DNA of 60,725 nucleotides, counting the filler, from Sphacelaria rigidula (lineage: Eukaryota), in assembly GCA_964200075.2 (NCBI GenBank). It is 7 parts of 7 records of this genome, joined end to end, with 100 filler letters (N's around TTAATTAATTAA, not from the genome) between each part and the next. Parts side by side here need not be neighbours in the genome. Positions count along the whole stretch, not along the records: positions 43,448 to 52,036 come from CAXNAA020010677.1; positions 52,137 to 60,725 come from CAXNAA020010678.1; 5 more parts are not named here. One strand, 5' to 3'. The notes beneath the pieces are model-generated. The model worked only from the letters and a program-made list of their open reading frames with translations. It ran no database searches and was not told where the DNA came from. The translations under genes were made by a program, and so were the position numbers. Shown here piece by piece: positions 50,801 through 60,725 of this stretch (its first letter is position 1; the number at the start of each line of letters is the position of its first letter).

Positions 50801-51510
50801 TAGTGCAAATGCTTCATCGGTCGTGACGGCCGAACAACCATCGCCCCCCCACCCTCCCACCCGCCCGAAATACAGCAATAGACAACGAAATGAAGCGCTA
50901 GAAAGTACGAGGATCACCGAGCCACCGAGTTCGTGAGAGTATCCGATAAAAACATTAGCGGTGTAGAAGATGTGCTGTATGGCCTTGTCCCATCCCCCCC
51001 AAGGGCCGGAGCACTGGGACGGCGTTCGTCTAGATACGCATGTTGATTTTCAGCTTATACGTGGCAAAACGGCAGTTGTTGTACATTTGGCGACTTTCCG
51101 TTCGAGTTACAACGTACCGTTTGTAAGCATCAAAGCGGCAAGCTGGATCAAGTGTCACGGAACGCGAATGCGGCCGATGCTACGAGCAACGTTCCGATAA
51201 ACGACTTCGAATTATCTGACAGTATGCGTTTCCGATCCCCGGCGAGAGACTACAATATTTCCCGATTGTTTTTTCCACGTCCTTAATGCCCTCGACATAC
51301 AGCTGGCGATAGCGTTAGCGTTTGAGTAGCATCACCACTAAACAACTTGCGTATTTTTGGCCGATTGACAAATGGGAAACTGCGAATCCGTACCAGCCTC
51401 AAGTAATGCAGAGGGTCGTGATCGGAGAAACCCTTCCCAAGCTGGTGCGCGCCTTCGGAAAGGCCGTACGACAACGTCTGCCGGATCTTCACAAGCATCT
51501 CTGCTCACAG
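44820..51510 (+). CDS. Partial gene for a PDZ-domain + TBC (Rab-GAP fold) protein; exons 44820-45323, 46454-?, 47282-~47440, ~47625-47843, 48325-48628, 49458-49581, possibly 50136-~50932, ~51330/51397-51510
   Basis: PDZ: GPLGLSL...EGDILVRVDDVQ/VSKRSFQDVVSLLERTQRPTRLTF. TBC motifs occur in the expected order: RRRLWQRLL; RIWTDISKT; LREPLFR/VSFAAAFTLQYVSGISYLAAVVL..EPDEAMAYATL; LVRAFGKAVRQRLPDLHKHL. Junctions 47843/48325 and 48628/49458 are phase-consistent. Other boundaries are uncertain. Confidence 0.72.
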
Positions 51511-52036
51511 GTGCACAAACATGAAATGTAGCGCTGTAGCAGATACATTTTGTCGCGTGAGCGTGAACATCAACAACGAACATGGAAGATGTCGACATAC
51601 TGTCCTCGAATCTTTCGTTTTGTTCGTGTTTCATAGTTCGACACCCGTGGCAGAAATCGAGACAAGAAGATAGGGCGACATACCGAGCCTTTGTTCTTGA
51701 TCGATCCCCGTTGGTAATTACGAGCTTTGTATTGAGACCTAAACACGTTAATCATTATATGTAAAAGACCGGTATACACATCCCTTGTGATGACAGGCGG
51801 TAAACCTTGTTAGATACGGTCGTTGCTATCGCAGGCGCACAAACTTGTACTCATATATTGTACAGAAGTTTTTTGTGGGCACCCCCCCCCCCCCACACCC
51901 CCACCCAGGTTAGACACCCATGAGGCAGTGTAAAAGCTGTGGCTATCTCTGAAAGTTGAGATACCACAGGATAAAGCAACCCATTGTTGGCTGTCACCCA
52001 AATGCAAGATAGTCAGTAGGCTTCGGGCCGAACAAT

Positions 52037-52136
52037 NNNNNNNNNNNNNNNNNNNNNNNNNNNNNNNNNNNNNNNNNNNNTTAATTAATTAANNNNNNNN
52101 NNNNNNNNNNNNNNNNNNNNNNNNNNNNNNNNNNNN
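52037..52136. other. Artificial contig linker (6 of 6)
   Basis: N44-TTAATTAATTAA-N44. Confidence 0.98.
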
Positions 52137-52189
52137 ATAGACGATGTGGAGGAAGGACAGGAGGGCGGTGTGGGGGGGTGGGATGGGGG

Positions 52190-52640
52190 GGGGTGGCTTA
52201 CTCATGATAATGCATGCAATAGTCATAAGATCATTGACTTCGCATCCCTAGAAAGCCGGGACGGAGCACGCCGAGTCCTCGCCGGACCAGGCTACCAGGG
52301 GGAGCGGGGGGGGATGTACTCATGACCTTGCATGCCGCAGTCATAAGACCATTGATCTCGTATCCCTACAAGGCCGGGACGGAGCACGCCAGGTTCTCGC
52401 CGGACCAGGCTCGCAATCAATCGCCAAGCGCAAAGCGCCGTGCTGTGTTCGGCGAGTCGCATGAAGGGTGAGCTGAATCCTGCGAAGGCTGTTCGGTCCG
52501 CAGTCTAGCAAGCATTTTTTATTTGGGCTGCAGCCTATTATGAGTCACTTCATTCTCTGGTATCGCCACTTTCAGAGACAGTCACGGGTTCCACACTGCC
52601 TCATGGAAGTATCACCATTTAAACACTGCGTAGTACGATC
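52190..52640. repeat. Dispersed repeat family B with an internal 118-bp tandem duplication
   Basis: Gn-TACTCATGA..TTGCATGCCG.AGTCATA head, duplicated at 52200 and 52318. Homologous pieces at 46130-46405 (rc), 13085-13119 (rc), 15946-16030, 26070-26137 and 51911-51972 (rc). Confidence 0.8.
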
Positions 52641-53002
52641 ATTCCCTTAGCGCGGAGTTGAGGTTCTCCACTCCGCACAATATGACCTAGCTCGACCACC
52701 ATCATGGTTACCGCGAAAAAACGCAAGCGCAGAAACAAAACTGGTTGACTAGCGTACACAGTGAGTGGTGTGTTCTAAAGCATCGTTGCTAATCGACGCC
52801 AACCCTCAAAAATAAATTCAGGGGGAGGGGGGGGGAGAGAATTGGGTCACAACCGCGTGTTCTCGGCAAGTTATGGTAACGTTCCCGCCTCCACGAAGGG
52901 GATGCGGGAACCAGGCCACCGGGAACCGCACAGATTTGAAGTGGTTCAGGTCGGATTACGACGGCCATCGCAGTCGGGGTCGGGAAAACGGAAACAGGGT
53001 CT

Positions 53003-55900
53003 GACTGTAAACAGTGTCTTTGAGACAACCAGTACACCCATTTGGGTGCCAAGTGCCCAAAACAAGTGTGCCAAAAGGTTGGTTAAGAGGTGTGCGACGG
53101 AAGTAAGCACACTGTAGAAGCTACGATGGCTAGTAATAATGATGAAGATCGAACTGAGCTAGTGCCCATGGCTCAGTTGGTTGACACTGACAAGCCTAGA
53201 AAGGACAAACGCGTGAAGCCTTTTTATGTTGGTCTAGGGGAAGACCCAGTACAGGTAGTAGGGGAGACGAGGGTTGGATAGTAGACAGTGGAGCCACAAA
53301 CACAATACCATCACCGCAACGCATGTTTGATGACCGCATCTTCGGCACTGACGTAGTTCTGGTGTGGTACGATCGATCGGGACCACTCGCGGGTCATGCC
53401 AATATGGGTTTAACCGTGAAGGATGACGACGAGAAACTTCAAACTTGCATCCGTAGCGCATATGCAAGACCTGGGGGCTAACTTGCTTCCGGTACGAGCG
53501 ATGCTAGTGCAGTGCTCAATTTGAAGCGCGGGACGGGTACTCGTGCCCATGCGTTGGAAGGGCGAAATATGGTCAAGAGGGGGGCACCACCACCAAACGC
53601 ACCCGGCGTGTACGCAAGTAACGGTGAAGAATACGGCAACGCCGTCCTAGCACCTGGAAAAATGGAACTTGACTCAAACCGAGTAGACATCAATTTTCAA
53701 GAAGCTATCTTGCGTGACACAGAAATACAACAGGATATCACGCTGGTTTGGAAGCTATCGCAATGCAGGGGATGCTCGTTGGCAAAAAGAGCCCCGGGAT
53801 GCGTTTCATCGGCAACCATCAAAGATTTTTTTGAGCCGGTAGATCGTGTTTTCATACACCTATCCGATGCCAAGCCTGTATCGAGTGCTGGGAAAGCGAA
53901 ACACCCATTTCTCACTTGGGATGAATTTCCACGTAAGATCTGGATTGTTTTGGCAGGCATGAGTCAGATACCACTGATGTCTTCCAAGAGTACGTTGCTG
54001 ACGCTCGAGTCGTTGGTGTAAATCTATAGTAGAGACGATTAGATCAGATGGTGGCTCAGAATTCGAGGGATTCTTCAGCAATCCTTGCAGACACGGAGGA
54101 ATCAGGTAAGGAGATACACCAGATGATAGCTATGGGTACAAAATACCTGGGCGCGCGAAGCACTAGTAGAGCAAGGGGTCATGGCTGCACAAACCCAAGA
54201 TTCTGACTCGTACGGCATAAATATTCCTGACAGCGCATGGGCAGAGCCGTGTCGTTGGGCAGCTGATGCGTTGAACCGTTCTGCTGCCACCACTAGCGCT
54301 GGCAAGAGATGGTTAGGTGAGATATCTTCTGGTGAGGTACCAGAGCCCAGGTTATTTCCCTTTTCTCAAGCCAGGATAGTCCGGGTTGTGTTCGATTCCG
54401 TGTGTACTACGGGACGAGATCGAGCCCGCCCCCAAAATTGTGAGGAATGTTTTGAATTCGGAATGTAAGGCGGTGTGGCTCGATGAAATAAAGATAGAGT
54501 TCGGCTGTCTTGGAAGAAAACTATATGGGCGGGTGTTAGATGCCTAGCGAAGGAACCGGAAGCCATAGATTCCAAGCGGATTGTTTCAGTGAACGGCCAA
54601 CGAACACAGGGACATGTGTAGGGCTAAAGCTGGATGAGTCTCCAGGGGATATAGGCAGCCTGCAGGAGAAAAACGGACATTTTTGCTCGCCCCTTCGTCT
54701 ACAAGCAACAGAGATGCCGCAGCTACAGGGCGAAGACATTGCCCGCTTTGACGTATAGCAGGCTGTCGTTCGATCCGATCCTTCTGGGTCAACATGAAAT
54801 CCAAGCCTGCGTTTACGACGAGTGATTTCTTGACCACGTCGTCCATTTCTACGTATTTCCCCCCAGTAGCAGATAATATAAAGTATCCTGAGTCTTCGGA
54901 AACGTTCTGCGACCGCACTATCGAACAAAACACCCCATTTCGGCATCCAGCGCCTAATCTCAAACTTGGGGTGATGAGCACCAGCGTATGCCCCCCAACC
55001 CCAACCCCACATCTCTGTTGTAGGTCATGCCGAGTTCGCACGTGGGATTGAGACATTCGAAGGTCTGTAGCACTCTACGCCAGCCTTCGGTGTTCGGGTG
55101 CTCATCGTAACGGCATGCTGCGCTAATTCATCGTTGATGTCGGGACGTGTTATTGGACAGCTACACAACAGAACCCACCGCGTCCCGGCAACCCCCCCTC
55201 AAGCGCTCCTCTTTGTCAACTTTGGTCGGAGTTGAAACGTATGCAGAGGTCGGAACGGTTTGAGTGACGCGAAAACCTCTGTAACACACAAGGCTTCGAG
55301 GTAGTTGCTGTCTGGGTACACGGAGAGCTGGTTCCATACGCCGTCCTTCGTGCCACAAGCTCTAGAAATATACCTGTGAATGTGATTGACTTATGCAGGA
55401 CAGACCCTTGACCCGAGAAGCTCACTAGCATCGTGGGTAGCTGATGCTCGGTGCTGATGTCATAACAGCAGTATGAACAAGTCCCCGCATTGCAGAGTCG
55501 TTTTTCCTTGTATTAATCGCTGGTACTAGTGCCTGAGGACCGGATCAGAAGTAGAAGTAGCAGTAGAAGTAGAGAGGTGAACGGGAGGGCTCAACGCAAC
55601 CACCACGGTGCTCAGAGCTGTAACACGACACACGGTTATGCCTAGAAAACATAAAGCTGCCTTCAGACCGGGCAAACGCCTTGCACCGATCCGCGACAGT
55701 TCTCTCACTACGCATGAAGACACCAGGAGTTGTCCGAATAGGTGACATATTGATGTGCGGCACCGTTTATTCAGGGAGTTGGTTGCCGACGGCATACTTC
55801 AGGTGCCATCAGATGACCAGCAATCAGGCGTGCTAAAGCCGCTGTCGATAGAAAGTTTTCGCAGTCATAGGAGGGTTTTGTTTGAACATCGACTAGCTTT
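53003..55900 (+). mobile_element. Heavily decayed Ty1/Copia element: gag knuckle, protease, integrase and RNase H tail; RT not recognisable
   Basis: CKQC...HLGAKC at ~53006; WIVDSGAT at 53275-53298; CRGCSLAK; DRVFIHL; ETIRSDGGSEF at ~54030-54065; WAEPCRWAADALNRS; HIDVRHRLFRELV...KPLSIESFRSHR at ~55746-55875. Confidence 0.85.
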
Positions 55901-57077
55901 ACACATCGAAAGAAACGCTCCTCCAAAGCAGATAAAAAGGTCCGTACGAAAGACGATTTGATGTTAGTGTCCACGCATTTCCTCGGCACCACCACCCGGG
56001 ATATCGCTACAGTAACCTCATACCATTTTCCTTCATGACGGCCTCCATCTCCGTTACGGTGGCGCATTATTCGCTGCTTTCAGCATTTCACTGAATGTGC
56101 TAAGGCGTGATTGCTTCATAGAGTTAGGCCTCATAATTCTGTCGAGCCCGGTAGCACTCGAAAGGATGTCAACTCGAGGTTTAGCTTAGGGGACCCACTA
56201 GGGGGTAAAGTGCGCATGAGATGTTGCGTACTAGCTTAGATGGCATTTTCGTTCCGGCTATCTTTTCATTTTTTATCATTTTTTTCTTTCGAAGAATGCG
56301 AGGTCGGAAAAAACAATTTATTTCCCGTGAGATTGGGTGTCTAGGATACGATTGAGAGTGAGAAGAGGGCAATAAATTAATGAAATAGTTTCAGTTCCGA
56401 AAGTCCTCCGGGCCTCACTCGAGGCCCGATACGCTTTCTGTTGTGGCTTGCCGTTGAAGCCTTTGATACTCCCGAATAGAACCTTGACGCGTAGCTGTTA
56501 GCACACGCCAGTGTTACAGGCAAAGGAAAGTACGCACAAAGTTAAAAATCGGTCAAGCTAGAGAATACAATAAAACTCAATCCTAATCAACGCTAGACTC
56601 TCAACCTCACCAGAACATTGTTAACAGGGTATTACTGGCATGATAAGCTGTTGTCCTTTCCTAGATTATTTACCTATGTGTTATCGGTGTTGGTTCTTCC
56701 AGGATTCATGATGTATCTGTGTGTGGAATCGGGAGGGCGTTTGATATGATTCCCCAGTTGGTGACGGTCGGTAGGATACGGCATATACGCGTTTGGTATA
56801 TTCCACTCTTGTGGGTGTCTTTGCCGGGTAACGGCGACATCTCTCAGAGAGATAGTGTTGCTCCAAAGGTGTACGACAATTCGAGATGGCCTAGTGACCG
56901 GTCAGTATTTCGGCAGATCCTCCAAGGTTCCGACTCTGTGGGATATATTGACGTGGTAGCCAAAAGAGATCTTCAGAGGATGATCGAACATTGGAGTATC
57001 AGAATGGGGCTGCCTTGCCCCCTCCACCGCTGCCTTTCCCTTTGTCAGTCTTATTTTCAACGTTTTCACGCCACAAA

Positions 57078-57360
57078 CCCGGTGGCCTAATCGTCCGAGC
57101 GTCACCATGAGGGTGGAGAGAATATGGGTTCGATTCCTGATGCGATAGGTTTTCCTTCTGACTATCTGATTTCCACCGTCGAAAACGTGAGTATACGTGT
57201 GTAAGGAGAAAATAGTTCACTGAGTTTGTTTGACGAGAGTTGACGCGATGTGGAAGTGCTGACCCAATCCGCGAGACCAAAATACAAGTTTTGTATCGGA
57301 GAGAGGCGGGATGATCCCTTGAGGCCACGGACTCTTCCCGACGAAGCGAAGGGGTTCAAA
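57078..57360 (+). mobile_element. tRNA-derived SINE-like repeat
   Basis: The head has an A-box-like TGGCCTAATCG and a B-box GGTTCGATTCC. The body is homologous to the reverse complement of 37265-37546. Confidence 0.75.
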
Positions 57361-58220
57361 GTGTGACAGAGAATAAGAGGTTCGCACTTGGCCAAGTACT
57401 CTGCAGTGTCTTCAAGCTCTTTGCCTAATACGGGTTCATCAGCGGGGTACTGTGTGATTCCATCTGATGCCAGAGTCTACCAGAAGAGTTAACCCGTTGA
57501 CCACCAAGCGCTTGGGAATATTTACTGTATCAGCGTGTACCGCATGCTCCGCGTGCAAGAGGATACTCTGGACCGCAAGTAGATATCTAAAAGTTCCTAC
57601 TCCGGAGTAAGAGAAATTCTCGCGCTAACAGCTACCGCATTCTTGTTCGGAAGCGTAGGAGCTTTTGGCGCTTGATATTGCAACACATGCATTTATCTTG
57701 AAATAACCTTGGGTCTTGCATGGTGATGGGAGCGATGCTACGGTAGGGATGCATGTCTTGCGCGAAGTGTTGTCTGGTTCAGGGGCTCCTAACGATTGTG
57801 CTCGTTTGCAAATTTATTCAGCATATCCCTAGCACAGTAGAATAGTAATCCTCAGGCACTCTCATACATTTCATAAGTCATGTTTTGGATGAGACGAAGA
57901 GCTCCTAACAATTTCAACCTCAGAGAGCATGTGTGCACCCCTACCGTAGCATCAGACATTGGTGAACACCTTGTTCTGCCAATGAGGTTGCAGTCAAGAA
58001 AAACCCCTCGCAACAGTCGGCCAACTTGTTCGAAAGTCCTGTGGTCAGAAAAAAATGCCGACCAGGTAAGAACAACTCGTTGTTCCCTACCATGCTTTTC
58101 ACGTGCGTACATCTTGCGTTGAAAGGCACACAGTCATGTGGCACCTCTCAAACATGCTCACCCACAACCAACACAGCGCCCAGTGTCGAGAAAACGTTTT
58201 TCCCAACAGATTCATGTGTT

Positions 58221-59138
58221 TTTCACACGTCGGACGAGTCATTACTCGTCCAAACGAGTTCACTCGTGGATGTTTTTGGAAAGCACAACGAGCATGACTC
58301 GTGTGCTCGAGTCATTAGCTTTTTTCACAACGAGAAATGACTCGTGTTCTTGAGTCGTTAGCTTTTGTTACAAAGGGTAATGACTCGTGTGCTCGAGTCA
58401 ATATTTTTTTTCGCAATGAGCAATGACTCGTGTGCTCGAGTCAATATTTTTTTTCACAACGACCAATCAATGACTCGTGTGCTCGAGTCAATAACTTTTT
58501 TTCACGATGTGCAGTGACTCGAGTTCTCGTCCTATAAATGTTCTACTCGAGAGATACTCTCCGCCGCTTCAGTAGAACTCTGATATGTATGTGTGTGGGG
58601 GGAGGGGAGGTGCTTGGATGACATGAAATCGAGCTTTGGAGCTTGACGCTTGTACACGCGTAGATATGCATGTAAACTTGAAGGTTCCAGGCCCAAGATC
58701 GTCGAAAAGCTCACCATCATTGTTTCATTTTTTGCTCGTCGGACTGCTGACTCCTCCTCCACTCAAGTCGTTCATCACGAGGAATGACTCGAGTGCTCGA
58801 GTCATTTGCTTCTCCACCATGAGCAATGACTCGAGTACTCGACCTGTTTATTTTTTCCACGACGAGAAATGACTCAAGTGCTCGCCCTGTTACTGTTTTC
58901 CACAACGAGCAATCACTCGAGTGCTCGTCCTACTAATTTGTTCCACAACAAGCAATCACTCGAGTGCTCGCCCTGTTGATTTTTTCCACAACGAACAATC
59001 ACTCGAGTGCTCGCCCAACTAATTTTCTCCACGACGAGCAATCACTCGAGTACTCGCCCTATTCAGTTTTACAGCCAATGAGCAGCCCAACGAGTGCGAG
59101 TGCCACGAGTCATACTCGTGCTCGTCCGCCCTGTGAAA
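58221..59138. repeat. 43-bp tandem array (13 units in two blocks) inside imperfect terminal inverted repeats
   Basis: Units start at 58294, 58337, 58380, 58423, 58470, 58514 and at 58784, 58826, 58869, 58912, 58955, 58998, 59041. Ends TTTCACACGTCGGACGAG / CTCGTCCGCCCTGTGAAA. Confidence 0.88.
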
Positions 59139-59243
59139 TCTTTCTGAAATGAACATTTCCCACACAGGGTTCATAGAGGCAAGGGTTCAATATTTTATCC
59201 AGTCCTGACCCTACCATTAGTTCACCTGAATCTTTCTCAAGGT

Positions 59244-59567
59244 TCAACTTTCGACGTCCAGAGGTTGACCCTTAGAATTAAATCCGTTGCCACGGCGGTT
59301 ACCTGAACCTAGCCGGTCACCTGTCTCGGGCGCAGAACGCTGGACATCCTTCTCGGCACGAATAGCAAGTGTTGGGGTGGTTGTCGGTGAGCTGTTTCCA
59401 CCGCTCTTGGGATACGGAGATGACGCTGTCGTGGAAATGCTCTCGTTGCCGGGAGTGGGCAATGGGGTCGGGGACCCAGAGAGGTCGACGGCACGACCTG
59501 CATCAAAACGGTGTACAATATTAGGAGTGACTTCGTTGCGACGACTCCCAGAGCTCAACACCACGGA
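59244..59567 (-). CDS. Possible low-complexity (S/T/P-rich) exon of an unknown gene
   Basis: 106-aa open frame with disordered-protein composition, preceded by catatag. No recognisable domain. Confidence 0.25.
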   Translation of the reverse strand, partial: SVVLSSGSRRNEVTPNIVHRFDAGRAVDLSGSPTPLPTPGNESISTTASSPYPKSGGNSSPTTTPTLAIRAEKDVQRSAPETGDRLGSGNRRGNGFNSKGQPLDVES

Positions 59568-60725
59568 CTATATGCACCAACGAGTACTAATAGCATATGG
59601 GCAAAGCGCGGCAAGCTTTGCTAGTATCAATGGGTGTATGATTGCCGTGCGAAATACGCACGCGCGCGCGCGCGCGCACACACACGCACACAATGGGTCT
59701 CGTATGTAGTCACCTGTGGGAGATAACAGTACGTGTGGTGCACATGAGCCCGCTTCAGCGATGCCGTCGTCCCCTGTCGGTTGGCCTTCTCTTTCACCCG
59801 AACGCATGCAGACCACAGTACAGTGCAGTATTCCGCCCGTGTATTGCACCGTACTTGTACTGCGGGGGGACACGCTTATGAATAATATATTGCGTTCATG
59901 TCGCCAACACAGTCAGCGCTCATCTGGAGTGTTTTGCTGCACTTATTCCTGCAGTATTTCACGGGACGACCGAGCGTGCGGTGAGTGGAGAGGCGGAAAA
60001 GAAGATGAGATCTTCACGCGGTAGAACCATATTATTATGATAAATGGTCATATATTCATGTACTCGCGTTTTTTGCCATATATACTTCCACACCTTTAGA
60101 GTTTCATACGACAATATGAAACTGTCAAGATTAGTGCGATGGAACGAGTATATAACTTGTAACTGTAGCTGTTGTGAACCGACGGTGCCCACGCTTGGTT
60201 CACATACTGTCGGAGATCAAATGGTTCCCTGTTCGCCCTGAACGAAAGGGTGCTGGTACCCTTCGAATTATCACGAGGGTCTACATCAGCAAAGCGAGCC
60301 ACTCTAAATGCTAGAGATCACTGCCCTTAACATAGCATATAAACTCGAGCGGCTGGAGGCTCTCAATCAGACCATTACACCCATGGCCAACAGGATGTAT
60401 CGTAGGGATACAGGGCGTATGCAGGTATGTACTGTATAATACTGTATCTTTTTGTGTGGTTCCGAACCTTTTGGGAATGGGTGTGGGAATGGGTGTGGGA
60501 ACGGTTCTGCAAAGCTGAACCAGATATCTGAAGGGTAGAACCAGGTTGTTAGAAGATTTTGGTTGTGGTTGTCACCCTTAATGGGGCTTACACCACCCCA
60601 TCTCAGTGTGTTTTCTCGCACCCTTGCTGTGAGCATCAAACTACTTAATCCCATCATAACAGCGGATCATCTATGTTGAGGATGGAGATTTTCATTGAGG
60701 ATGAGAACCCGGAGGATTAAAATCT

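Noticed and set aside
9083..51510. Membrane-signalling gene cluster (adhesin, OSCA, ABCA, PDZ-TBC)
   Set aside because: Each gene is on a separate, unlinked contig.
8591..52136. Regularly spaced TTAATTAATTAA as a biological motif
   Set aside because: It is always centred in N-runs, so it is an assembly linker. ORFs 25532-26017 and 43392-43769 that run into it are artefacts.
57078..57150. Functional tRNA gene
   Set aside because: A/B-box-like motifs are present, but I see no convincing acceptor stem or cloverleaf, and the head is attached to a dispersed repeat body.
57660..58030. Further degenerate inverted repeat (GATGCTACGGTAGGG / CCCTACCGTAGCATC)
   Set aside because: The 15-bp core is real, but the ends and TSD cannot be defined, so it is not called as an element.
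58294..59060. CRISPR array (palindromic repeat with regular 43-bp spacing)
   Set aside because: The 'spacers' are homologous to one another (T-tract + CACAACGAG), the repeat drifts along the array, no cas gene is present and the context is eukaryotic.
1..60725. Endogenous giant virus (phaeovirus) or bacterial contamination
   Set aside because: No gene-dense intronless region or viral hallmark gene is present, and all recognisable genes have spliceosomal introns.

Overview
This is eukaryotic, intron- and transposon-rich DNA, most consistent with a brown alga (Phaeophyceae). The assignment is inferred from Ectocarpus-like gene families, short exons with kb-sized introns and CCCTAA repeats. The window is not one locus. 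It is seven contigs of near-identical length (8590, 8590, then 5 x 8589 bp) joined by an artificial 100-nt linker, N44-TTAATTAATTAA-N44, so adjacency across linkers means nothing. Manual splicing with phase checks recovers five partial genes. Contig 1 has a beta-propeller-repeat gene with phase 0-0 repeat exons (-). Contig 2 has an adhesin/Pmp-repeat, Cys-rich, multi-TM receptor-like gene (+). Contig 3 has an OSCA/TMEM63/CSC1 channel (+), contig 4 an ABCA exoplasmic domain (+), and contig 6 a PDZ + TBC (Rab-GAP fold) gene with both catalytic fingers apparently substituted (+). The rest is decayed Copia and Gypsy retroelements, a solo LTR with a perfect 5-bp TSD, tRNA-derived SINEs, several MITE/foldback families (one carrying telomere-like repeats) and a 43-bp hairpin array. 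No CRISPR, rRNA or intact tRNA gene is supportable. No clearly new multi-gene system is demonstrable. The best leads are the PDZ-pseudoTBC protein, the exon-modular propeller gene and the telomere-repeat MITE. All family assignments come from motif recognition by eye, not from database searches.
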